Positions 26,546 through 37,358 of a stretch of 64,000 nt of DNA are shown one piece after another (the stretch's first letter is position 1; every line of letters starts with the position of its first letter). The stretch lies in contig CM082579.2 in the NCBI GenBank assembly GCA_040954595.2, forward strand, positions 1,191,908-1,255,907. The letters run 5' to 3'. The notes below the pieces were generated by a model. It searched no databases. It had not been told where the DNA came from and worked only from the letters and a program-made list of their open reading frames with translations. Source of the stretch: Balanoglossus misakiensis. Taxonomy: Eukaryota > Animalia > Hemichordata. Made by a program: the position numbers and the translations under genes.

Positions 26546-26982
26546 CAGGTTGTTTTTGTCTATCACTCCTGCATCGTATTGTCACAGTATTGTAGTTGTT
26601 TGTATACGCACGGGCCTTTATGAACTGCTGCATACTCGGTGCATATTCGTGCACGTTTCATCATTCATAAATTTAGATCTTTGGAAATTAATTCAAAACG
26701 TGTTGTAATCATGTGGTCTGCATAATATGCCTAAAATAAAACAGTCGAATATCTGCATGCAATCTTTCCCTGATTGGCCAAAAGTTGACGAATAATTAGC
26801 CGTCTTTCTGTTAAAAGTTGAAGATCTGAGCACGTTGACAGTAGCAATTGACGGAGTTAAGATGTGTGAGGTAATGTGAAAACAAACTTTTGGAACCTGC
26901 ATCGAATTTTTCTTGTGCGAAATTATTTAAAAAATTTCTCTTTCAGCCAATAGCCTTCGGGTTTGAATGGGAAACCTCTGCC

Positions 26983-28549
26983 ATGGATACGGACCAGCTC
27001 GATACGAACCAGCCAACGTCAGCGTCAAATATTTTAGGGGAGAAGTTCGACTTCAACAACAATTATTTTGAGCCAGTCGTCGCGGAGAATGAACTTGAAT
27101 TCATTGAAGACTTTGACATCTCGTACTCAACTTTGGTGAAAGACGAACTAAGATCTGCCATCAAGACCAGAAGATCCTCAAAAGGTCTGCCTGATATAAA
27201 GAACGAATACGAAGCCCCTAAGCAATACCAGGTATGCTTGCACAACATCAATATTTTTAAGGCCCTGCGGTATCAGACACCAAAATAATTTTCATTTGTT
27301 GTGCAATATTGCAGTTTTTCAGTATACATGCTTTCGTATTGTGATCTAATCCGTGCACTGTATTTTTGTATTGGCTCATGTTACATGACGTATTCGACAT
27401 ACCACTCTGTCCCATAAATAAGAAATATTTGTCAACACAAACACATGGACTCACTATCGTCACTGTAACTCGCTTTGGCATGCAGGTTGATAAATGTGTT
27501 ATGCTTCATGTTTTACGTAGGCGGAACCGCAATTTCAATGTGTTCTAATATAGCTAAGAGGCAAAATTTGCCGAATACAAAGTTTAACATAGAAATAAAT
27601 AACAGCAACCTCGTAGATTCAGATTGTGGAGGTTAAAAATAGAAAAGGGGGATTTTCGGTGAGTCAGTCAGTTAAAGTGTACCTTTTTATCACGCCACTT
27701 ACTCATTTACATAAATTGGCTTCGGCTGGTCTGATATGTGAGGTACGTGTGGACACGGTGGGTGTAAAAACTTGAACTGCTTCCAAATCAAGTTGTTAAA
27801 CAATGCCACAAATCTAACACGTCATAAACTATTACTTTCGCCTTTTTATAAAGCGTATACACGTTGCTTTGCTTTATCTTACTCATGTGAGACTTAAATT
27901 TCATTCACAGCTAACAGAAGAAGAGATAAAAAGACGGCGAATTCGGCGCGAGAGAAATCGAATTGCTGCCGAGAAATGTCGCAAGAAAAGAAAGACAAAG
28001 GAAATGAGTATAGAGGAGGTAAGGTCATCAACTGATTGGTGATTTATTGTCCAAGGGACGCGTAAGAGAGTTCAAGCCTTGGGAAATTCCCACAGACTTT
28101 GTACGCAATGCGTTGCACCCGGAAAATATTAACCAAATTCAGGCCTTACATTATATGACCTCTAGGTTTTGTTGTCTCAATTCCTTGTCGCGGAGGGCGA
28201 TATAATACAGTAGGCCTAACTTGTTAGTGAATTGCATCGTATGTTGCTTGCTGTGTGTTCCTTTTATACATTGAATAATTGAAAAAAAAATCCCAAAATG
28301 ACATGAGGATTTACCACAAGCAATGGCTGTCATCGCAGTATGTGCGTCGTCTTACTATACTATGGTGCCATTTTTTCTAATGCTTTGTTGTTGTGCGTTT
28401 TTTCAAAGGAATACAAAGTTCAATCAAACCTGAACGCGAAGCTCCAAGACGAGGTAAAGGAGCTGAAGGAAGAACAGGAAAAGCTTAGCAGAACGCTGAA
28501 GTTTCACGCCACAGACTGTACCCTCCACGAGACCCACAACAAATCATAA
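26983..28549 (+). CDS. ATF3/JDP2-family bZIP, paralog B (~165 aa)
   Basis: Exons 26983-27231, 27911-28018 and 28409-28549. LVKDELRSAIKTRR motif; basic region RRERNRIAAEKCR; zipper ends ...LKFHATDC. The 108-nt basic-region exon matches paralogs A and C. Confidence 0.9.
27648..27666 (+). promoter_or_regulatory. Intronic kB-like plus AP-1 composite element (paralog B)
   Basis: GGGGATTTTC-GG-TGAGTCA. Confidence 0.5.
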
Positions 28550-29477
28550 CACATTGCGGATAAAAGACGAGAGACAGATCATTCGACCTCGCTGTCAGTA
28601 ATTATTCTGACGTCGATAATTCAGCCTCGATATCAGTAATTACCCTGATCTCGGATGGGACAAAACCAATACCCAAAGCTGTCCAACCAAACCCTCTATG
28701 CCATGACGCTGCCATATTCTCAAAACGAACAACATTTACAATTCAGAACTTTCCAGTCGACCACGAATACCTTGTAAATGCTTTCCATGGTGTTGGACCC
28801 CAGAGATTAAATCAGAACTAAAACATTACATTATTTATATCCAGAGCTATCTTGACACTTCATTTATATAGTATTATATGTTATCTATACAGTTATAATA
28901 ATGGGTTTATATATTCTTAAAGTGTCACTTAAAATGACAATGATGTTAGTGTCTATGACCCATATATGCGATTGGCTAGATCTTGTGAACGTGTCCTGTT
29001 TCTTTTATAATCAAGATGATGGGTGATTTTGAAGAGAATAAAACAGAGACGCAACAATGATCGCAAAGCGTTGTATTGCATTTTTTCGAGAACAAAGTGT
29101 GTACGTGTGCAAATATATATTATTACACGTGGAATCACACAAACCTGACATATGGACATTATCGACAGAGCGATTTCTAATCTGTCGATATTGTTCCAGA
29201 AAAAAACATTGACTGTGCATGATAGATTAGGTTATTAATTAACAGGTAAACAAAACCGAAATTCTAAGCTGTTAAGTACGTTAGTAATCCGTTTAGAATC
29301 AGTAGAATATTTTAAAGAATATTCTGAGAATACTGCATCTGAAATGATCAATAATGTAGACATACTTTTCTACCGGTTTAAATCCGGTTTACAGAAAAGA
29401 ATGATAATAAACTTAATAAATATTTTCTAACTATACATAAAAATGTTTAATGTTTTATAGTAGGTTAAACGTTCATG

Positions 29478-31099
29478 TCATCTCTCTGACAGACAATGGT
29501 GTTCTTCGTTTTGTATCAGCGTGTTCCGCCGTGTGCAGATTGCTTGGTGTGTGTGCAGAAGCAATACGAGGTTCTCACGTTCTTGTTTCAACGTTTCCAC
29601 TTCCTTCAAAAGTTCCTTGTTTCGTTTATCCAGTGCATTATGCTCCTGTGAGAAGAAAAATCACATGATTAACTGTTATAGGATCGAAAACCAAATCTAC
29701 GTGCTTGGCGAAGACTGGCTGGTCACAATTCCGCCATCACACGATAAGATTATATAGTTAATGTTTGTGAAACTACAAATGCATGCATTTCCGATCTAGA
29801 AATTATTCAGTGTGTTTTAATAATTTCGAAAGAGTCATACAGACTATTGATGCCACAAAGGGCGTGACCTTACGTCATGTGGTCTTATGAGGTCGGGGAA
29901 TACCAAAATACGTCATTTTTTCACCGACCTAGTTTTAAAGTTGAATAAATACTGCATGTTAACCATTACGTTGGTCAACATTACAGAAAAATCGAAATTC
30001 TTGGAAGAACTGACGATAAACACCTGTACTATCCGTTTTTCTTTCTCTTTCCTTTTCTTGCGGCATTTTTCAGCTGCAATCTTGTTTCTTTCGCGCCTCA
30101 TTCGACCTCGCTCTCGGTCTTCATCGGTCAGCTGATCCGTATGTGAATAAAACAAACGAGACTAATTAATAATCAATTCGGGGATATTGAGAAAGCCACA
30201 TCATGTTATGGTGATGGAAGCGACGTTGAGGTACATATATTTACAATTGACCTGACATCCACTCTGTTACTGTTTAATTAACTGTCAACAGTTGTGTTTT
30301 ATTATGTTTACATCCAGCTATAAATTATAAACTTTTGGCCATGGTCCAGGTTGGCAACACGCATCCTGATTGGTCAATTGTTCATTTTCTGCCAGCATTT
30401 CTAATATTGTCATGCCCTTTCAGCGTGACTCACTGGATTTCCCCTCTCTAAACTTAGTCTAAAATTGTCAACAAAACCAAGACAAAAATGCGGATGACTT
30501 GTACACCATACTCTTTCTTTCTGCATGATTGAACACCCCTAACTCTAACATAGTCATGCATAGAGACAGACGTCCAAGTTCAATGTCAAGTTTTCTTCAG
30601 TTGTTTCAGCTAAATTTTGCGCATACAAACCCGTGTTTACGTTTCCGAATGTTTGATGCGTGCAAAGAACCTCCGGTCGTGAAGACTTTTATGTGAAAAA
30701 TATAATCGTTTGTTTTAAAATGCACATGTCGCAAGTGGGGTGTCAGATCTTGATACGTTTTCAATGCGTCAACCTCGCAATAAGAAAGATCACACAAGTT
30801 TAAATATTATTACATAGACAAAAACCTACTTGGTCAGGCGCCGGTAATGTATATTCAGCTTTGACTTCGGGGAGTCCTTTAGACAGTCTTCTCGTAGCTA
30901 TGGCCGATCGAAGTCCCTCTTTCACAAGAGTGGAGTAAGATATATCGATATCATCCAGATAATCATCCTCCATGGGTACCAAGTGAATGTCATTGTTGTT
31001 GACTTCGAAGTTCTCACCCACTGTTTTATCAAGTGTGGCTTTGTGATCTTCTGCCAGAAGAAACTTCCAAGGGGAGACTAACGGTGCTGCTGTTACCAT
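29478..31099 (-). CDS. ATF3/JDP2-family bZIP, paralog C (~181 aa)
   Basis: Exons 31099-30830, 30131-30024 and 29645-29478. DISYSTLVKEGLRSAIATRRLSKGLP is closely shared with paralog B. Basic region RRERNKIAAEKCR; zipper ends ...LLLHTHQAIC. Confidence 0.9.
30426..30444 (-). promoter_or_regulatory. Intronic kB plus AP-1 composite element (paralog C)
   Basis: GGGGAAATCC-AG-TGAGTCA on the minus strand. Confidence 0.5.
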
Positions 31100-31512
31100 G
31101 GCGTCTAAATTCGATAATTCAAACTCAGGTATCAGAGTCTGCAACGAAAGTGAAAGTAAAATTGAAGGAGGGAATTGTTGAACATCTTATAGTATGTCGC
31201 CCGATCGAATTTTTCCAAAACAGTTCTAAAGAACAGAACAGAAAAAAAAAATAAAAAAAATAGTATCGTTATGTACTTTTAAACGTGGCAAAAGGACATA
31301 GTCCGTTAAAAATTCGAGGTACAGCACACACTCGAGTTTTTTTCTAATTTATGCCGCAAACTTAATAAACGTTACATGCGAAAAACATTCTGGCAAAATG
31401 GTAGTTTGCAGAACCTAAAATTTTCCACACCTGCGACATCTTGCTGTATTTGGGGCGCATTTAAGAAAGCTAAACATAGTTCTGCTGTTTTATACCGTTA
31501 TTACAATTAGGA

Positions 31513-31539
31513 ATTTGCATACGGGAAACGGGACTTTCC
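31513..31539 (+). promoter_or_regulatory. Octamer plus canonical kB site
   Basis: ATTTGCAT at 31513-31520 and GGGACTTTCC at 31530-31539. Confidence 0.55.
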
Positions 31540-32067
31540 ACTACATTCAATTCAAACCGCCTAACCCCGTTTTGGAGGCCAGGGACTTCATCATGAGAAG
31601 AGGCGTACCCTTGTCCCCCTCTGTCCCGGCTGCAGCAAGCATAACACCCTGCAGCCCGCTTCATAAAATAAACAGGATGTTTTGGCCCCTCCCTTCTCTG
31701 GAGAGGGGAAAGACCAAGGAAGTAAATGGAGCGAAAGTGTAAAATCTACGAAATTATCATATAACGCTTAATTATTTTCATTTTTCAAAAGGGTTACATC
31801 TATCTGGTTTAGAATTATACCTTTTTTCACGAAAAACGACGTTGAAAAGTATTATGCAAAACAACACATCAGTTGCCTGAGTTAAGCATGCATTTTCCTA
31901 TTTCCCATAAGAGCTATCGGAACGTTGAGTTGTCCATTGAAACTCACTAAGCGATCATATGTGATCGCATGAAGCTCCGATAACTACAACACCAAATGGT
32001 CGAAGCTTCGCCTAAGTTCGACAACATTCGAAGGGAAAAAACAATGTATGACATTATCGTAACATAC

Positions 32068-32280
32068 CTTTCAACATCAAAGACAGACCTTTCCAGTATA
32101 GTACAGTGTTATCAAGGCTAACAAACGGCCAGCTATGTTGAAGTAGCACACGCCGAATATTTTTTCTTGCGGTATATTTATCTCGCCCTAACAGTTATCA
32201 TGGCGACGCGCCGGCATTCCGCATATTCATGGTTTTGGGGATTCCCCTAATTTGCATATCACAATACAAAGGGGATTCCC
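32068..32280 (-). promoter_or_regulatory. Putative promoter and non-coding exon 1 of paralog C, with kB-octamer-kB
   Basis: Donor AAG|GTATGT at 32067; TATA-like TAAATATA at ~32173-32180; GGGGATTCCCC at 32237, ATTTGCAT at 32250, GGGGATTCCC at 32271. Confidence 0.55.
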
Positions 32281-32399
32281 AGAAACAGAGACAAGCTTGA
32301 GTGTACAAGCTCTGCAGCGATTGGATGACCCCATCAGCATAAGCCTGCCTATCACACTACTCGCAGCATACACCTGCCACGACAGACCACTGCACTCTG

Positions 32400-33000
32400 C
32401 TCATTCGAAGGCCTACATGCCACGTCAGGCAAGAACTCACTCTGTCATTCCAGATTATCCATGGCCACGGCACAGACCTTATATGTAACACTATGCAGAG
32501 CCAAGACGTAAGAATTGAAGGATCAAGCCAAAAATTTAAAGGAAAACGACATGATCATTTATAAGACTTGCACACATTTTGGTGCCCTCCTTCAAAGTGA
32601 AAGGTTTCGCCCTTAAATATGAGACCCTGCCACCTGGGACCACTCTTGTGCCTGCGTCTTATAACATCACCACACGACCATGAGCTTGAACAATAACTTG
32701 AATAAGTGTTGTATGACCTACGACAACCCCTTTTTTACCAAAACGAAGCTACAACGATATTTTGACCAAAATTACATGTACCATGCATAGGCGTCTTCGA
32801 AATCTCAGTATTGTTGCATGTTTAGTTGACCTCCACTAAGCATCAAGAGACATATTTTATCAGACACCACAATGACCACGACATAAAACCCAAAAAGTGA
32901 CTCAAGTGCCCGTGGCTCAAAAAGATTTTGGTCCTCAGGTCCAACGGCACGCCGTTGCAGGGGAGACACTCGACCAAGTCATGACCCAGACTATTGACTC
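32400..33000 (+). mobile_element. Possible heavily decayed Ty3/Gypsy integrase-region fragment
   Basis: IPDYPW followed, after a frameshift, by GTDL (32446-32480) resembles the PxxPW..v.tDL motif preceding the Gypsy integrase core. No intact ORF or LTR; boundaries are uncertain. Confidence 0.25.
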
Positions 33001-33390
33001 GCAGAACGCTATGTGTCACCATCAGATATGCCCGACTGACCTAGCTACTGTATATTCATGAACAAAGTCCAGCTATGTCGCACCAACAATGCACAAGACC
33101 CATAAAAAGTTTTACACAATTACAGATCCGCCGATTGTCATGCTGACCTGACCTCAACCATGTCAGGTTTCGGTTTGTTTCTTGCACCTGGTCAACTTTA
33201 CCCTCCAGGTCAAACTATTTTCTGGTTGGATCGATTAATACAAGTGCTTTTGTTGCCGGGGTTTAATTTGGTATGCAAGAACTTTATTGTGATGAGTCAC
33301 TGTTCTTTTTGGGTTTTTCATTTTAGTCATGTTATAGAGTCTGATTGCGCAGTATATCTGTATTAGACAAGTGGTATCCAAAGAAGAAAG

Positions 33391-34904
33391 ATGTATTGTC
33401 GTGCATTATCGACAACACGGCAGTTCTTGCTTCTGGTTATAATTTGTACGTCAGCGGTATCGACAGGCCAAAACAATGCGTCGGAGGTAAGTGCCGTCAC
33501 AAAGAGGGTTGAAATTTGATCACCATCGACAACAAAGCTATTGTCAAACAATTTCCGTCTACCTGTTGGGGCTTTAAAAATGGCGCAGTGCCATATACTA
33601 GTATATAGACTTTGCATAGGCACGGGACTATGTGTACCCATTGTAAGGCGAAGCTTGCCAGATATCAGACCAGCTATGAGCATAGTAAATGTGTATCCCA
33701 TACCGGTTTCTGGCCTTTGCGGCTTGGCCGCTCGACACTTTAGCCATCTCCGCGCTTTGGCAAGCGGTACGACAGTCAGACCAAACATAGCTGTACGTCG
33801 GAACCAGGCGTATTTAGCCTACTGAAAGAAATCGGCCGTTTGCTCCGTGACCTCAAACCTCCAAAAACAAGCGTTTCAGCCGAACCGCTTCAAGTAACGG
33901 GCAGATGGGTCCCCCTCTACCTCCTGGGAAGGGAGATTTCTATGTCAGTGACATGTCAACTTCATTACAGATTGACACCGTCGACCAAGGAACAACGCCC
34001 GGCCCATGCTATTACCAGCCGCACTCTCACTTGGTCAACGGAACGTGTATTTGTGATGACAAGTACTACAACGATGGCTTAGAGGACTCCTGCGAGCCAT
34101 GTTCCTACTGCTGTGATGACCTTGAGGGATCAGCTCCACAAGATGAATGCATTGTGAAGGGAATGCCGGATGATCAAGTATGCAACTATGTGAAGGGATG
34201 TTCGCCTCCCTGTAAGTGTTCCTGGCTTTACAACATAGATTCAATGGCTGTATTACATTTCTATTTCATTTTGTCCCATTTATAGCACAATTTTGACAGA
34301 TCATGTGGGTGGTACCAATGTGTGTGATCGATATATGTGACGTCAGATCATGGACATCTAGTGCGTCGTCCATGGTCAGAATATTCTGCGAATCTTAAGC
34401 ATGCATGCATTACTATATCTTATCGCACAAACTCTTTCAATCGACAATACTCTGAATACTACTTGAATAAATTAAATTTATCGTTTTTTCGTATACATGC
34501 AGACGACTTTTGGACCGAAAGGAACACAATTATCGTGGCTGTTGTAGTGCCTGTTGTGCTGATTATCTTGATCGCCCTGATTATGTGTTTGGTCTGCAAG
34601 AAGAATAGAAGATGTAGACAATGGTCGCAAGGTAAGATATGAAAGAATTCGGATTTGTTTCCTTTTCGAAATTATGACATTACGCCACAAATTAGTCTTT
34701 AGGAACCTAGACTAGTATACTGGGGGTAAAAATTTAGCAATACTGCAATGTTTCGCAAACCACGTGGATTATGTCGTTTTTCACTCTAGAAACTCCGACT
34801 CATTTCTCACAGACCACTGCTGTCCGGACAATCATCCGTATCGCGAGACTTCGCCCGGGGGCTATGAAGAAGTGGCTCAAAGTCAGCTGACAGACAGAGG
34901 ATAA
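33391..34904 (+). CDS. Small type-I membrane protein with a TNFR-like cysteine-rich domain (~185 aa)
   Basis: Exons 33391-33486 (signal peptide), 33971-34211 (CICDDKYY...CEPCSYCC...EC...C...C), 34503-34631 (TM IIVAVVVPVVLIILIALIMCLVC) and 34813-34904 (tail; an alternative acceptor exists at 34790). The TNFR assignment rests on Cys spacing only. Confidence 0.7.
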
Positions 34905-35730
34905 CAGGAAGAGTAACCACAGCTGCGCCATTGTTGGGTGTGGGTGGGCTTGGGGTGTGGGGCTTCGTACTATGCACAAACGCTGTTGACGTGTTTCCCT
35001 GTAAATTTGTTCTACTTTCTTGCAAGCAGCAGCTTTATTATCGCTCCACAAGGCTATGCATGAACTGAAATCAGACATTGTTATATTGCAAACAGTCTCA
35101 TGAAAGTGGTTGTTTTTTTATAGACTGAGCTAGTACGTTTTTTATATTTTTTTATTTTTATATAGTTTTCTTAGCGTGACAAGGTGACTTACCAAATCGT
35201 CTGGCTATAGCTTTTCATTAACACCTGTCCATACGTATGAATAATTATCGGGGTCGTGAAGAAGCATCCACGTCAGGTTGTTTTCTCAGGAAGAACCTTG
35301 AAGTCCATGTATACTAGTATACGACCACATAGTTTCCAGGTAGCTACAGATCTAGAAAGGAAGTCAGAACAGTGTCCACTATTAAAAATTAAACACCACA
35401 TTTGTGACACGATTGGAGATAAAAATTATTTAATGAAATAATGTTGATAAAGGTCTTAGTATACAAATCGTAGCTCAGTGGGGTTTTCAAAAAGTAACGC
35501 TGCGTAACGGTCTAGTAATGTTGTTTTCTGACAGTGAAAATGCTGTCAATAAATGGCTATAGGGCGAATTTATTATGTGGACTCATATGAGAATCTCAAA
35601 GTTACGCGCATTCCTAGTAAACATACGTCTGTCCGGGTACAATAATTTATTACGCAAACACAAATCAATAAACCAATAATACATATTTACAATAAATATC
35701 GTTGCAAAGGAATGTAAATAGGAAACAAGC

Positions 35731-36603
35731 TCAGTTGCCTCGACTGGCACCGATGACGTGTGTACTGCTGGCGCACGGATCGCAGGGGAAATGGAGACGC
35801 TTTCTGATTCGTAGAAGCTGTGCACGACGACATGTGAACCATTCCTGGAAATAAAACAAAAGAACATCGTTAGTCACAAGGTTTCCAAGAACAGTCGGTG
35901 AATAAAAGCTGATCACAGAAAAGTCCTTAATAAAAACTGATTCCAGGATTCAGCCAGTCGTACTTACATTCACAAAGTCTAGAGTCAGCCCTGCAGATCT
36001 CGCCAATCTTCGCCTGGTCTCGTTGCAAGGGTATCGCTGTCTTCTAAACGTCGACTCCAACATGTTTTCAGTCTCTTCGGGTAACTCGAAGTGACACATG
36101 TGCGTATGCATGGTGACGGATCTCAGCGGTATGATTGGTGATGGGCTGTTGCTAGGTAACTGGTCAACATCTTCGTCGCCAACTTCTGGGTAGTAGTCAA
36201 CCATTGGCGGTGACATCACGGGAATCGTGACGTCATCATCAGCACTCGGATAGGACTGGTACAACGAGGGATCCAAAACTAGCGAATCTGTGAAAAAAAA
36301 GAACGAAAATGCGTGTTGTAAGTACATAAAGCATGGACGTACACCTAAGCTTTTTAACTGCAATATAATTTCGATGATCGATAAAAATCGTATGGGACTG
36401 GTCAAATTAAATACTAGCTTACCTGTGAAACCAAGTTCATCAAGGATCTCGTCGAGTTCTGATCTGGACGAAGGAATGATGGATGCTGCGTTGCTAGGAG
36501 ACCGGAAAGACTGTTGCTGAGTGGCCGCGTAAAAGACTTCCGATGACTCGAATGGCTGAAGGGAAGTGGCGAATGGGACGCGATGGTATGACTCGGTGTC
36601 CAT
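35731..36603 (-). CDS. Divergent PRD-class homeobox gene (~204 aa)
   Basis: Exons 36603-36423, 36287-35968 and 35844-35731. Homeodomain LESTFRRQRYPCNETRRRLARSAGLTLDFVN|EWFTCRRAQ, with an intron between codons 46 and 47. TATAAAT at 36706-36700 and an octamer at 36726. Confidence 0.85.
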
Positions 36604-37358
36604 GGTAACTCGGGGAAAAGTAGCTACAGGTTCTCTACAGCTAGTCTTGACGTTGTGTTGTCTAATCGACAAGTGATTGCTCGGGTAAAAAACAGGGGCA
36701 TTTATAGTTTGGAGAGTAGACATACATTTGCATAAATTAACACCCAGCACAAACTTGTTAACTGTGTAATGCGGCTGTCGGTTGCCGAGAGAATTCGCTC
36801 TGCCTTTTGAAGTGTCAACGCGAAGAAAGATGACAATGGGCGGTACCTCTTGACACGTCATCAAACGCAGCGCATGCGGCACAGCCATCTAAATGTATTT
36901 AATGTGTGGATGGTCGGCTTCGCGCCGTGTGCCTTTAATCACTTCGGACAGTTGATACCGGCTCGTTATGACTTCAGTTTTGACATGTTGACCGACTAGA
37001 CACTTTATGCCGACGCTAGCATAGCCAATCACAAACCCTCAATTAGGTTGTGCTTTTAAAACAATGGTCGGCCACGCCTCGCAATTACTTTTCAGCGTCG
37101 TCCAAATACACATCATGTGGTAACTTTCCGGAGGAAAATGTAAAAGTATCGACAAAAGACAACCCAGCGCCCATGTCAGAACAGCCACTTTGTGTTTTAA
37201 TTTCATGCTCCGAGATAACAGAAAAAGCAAATTGTGTGTGAATATATTGTACTTGCAATTTTGTCATTCATTTATAAATGACAAGGTCTTGAATACACAA
37301 TAAAAAGCGAGCCATCACCGTGTACCAAGCTTGATGTAGTAGCAGGGCCAATGAATCT

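Noticed and set aside
36604-36888. N-terminal extension of the 312-aa ORF
   Set aside because: It runs through the TATA box and octamer; ATG 36603 is the more plausible start.
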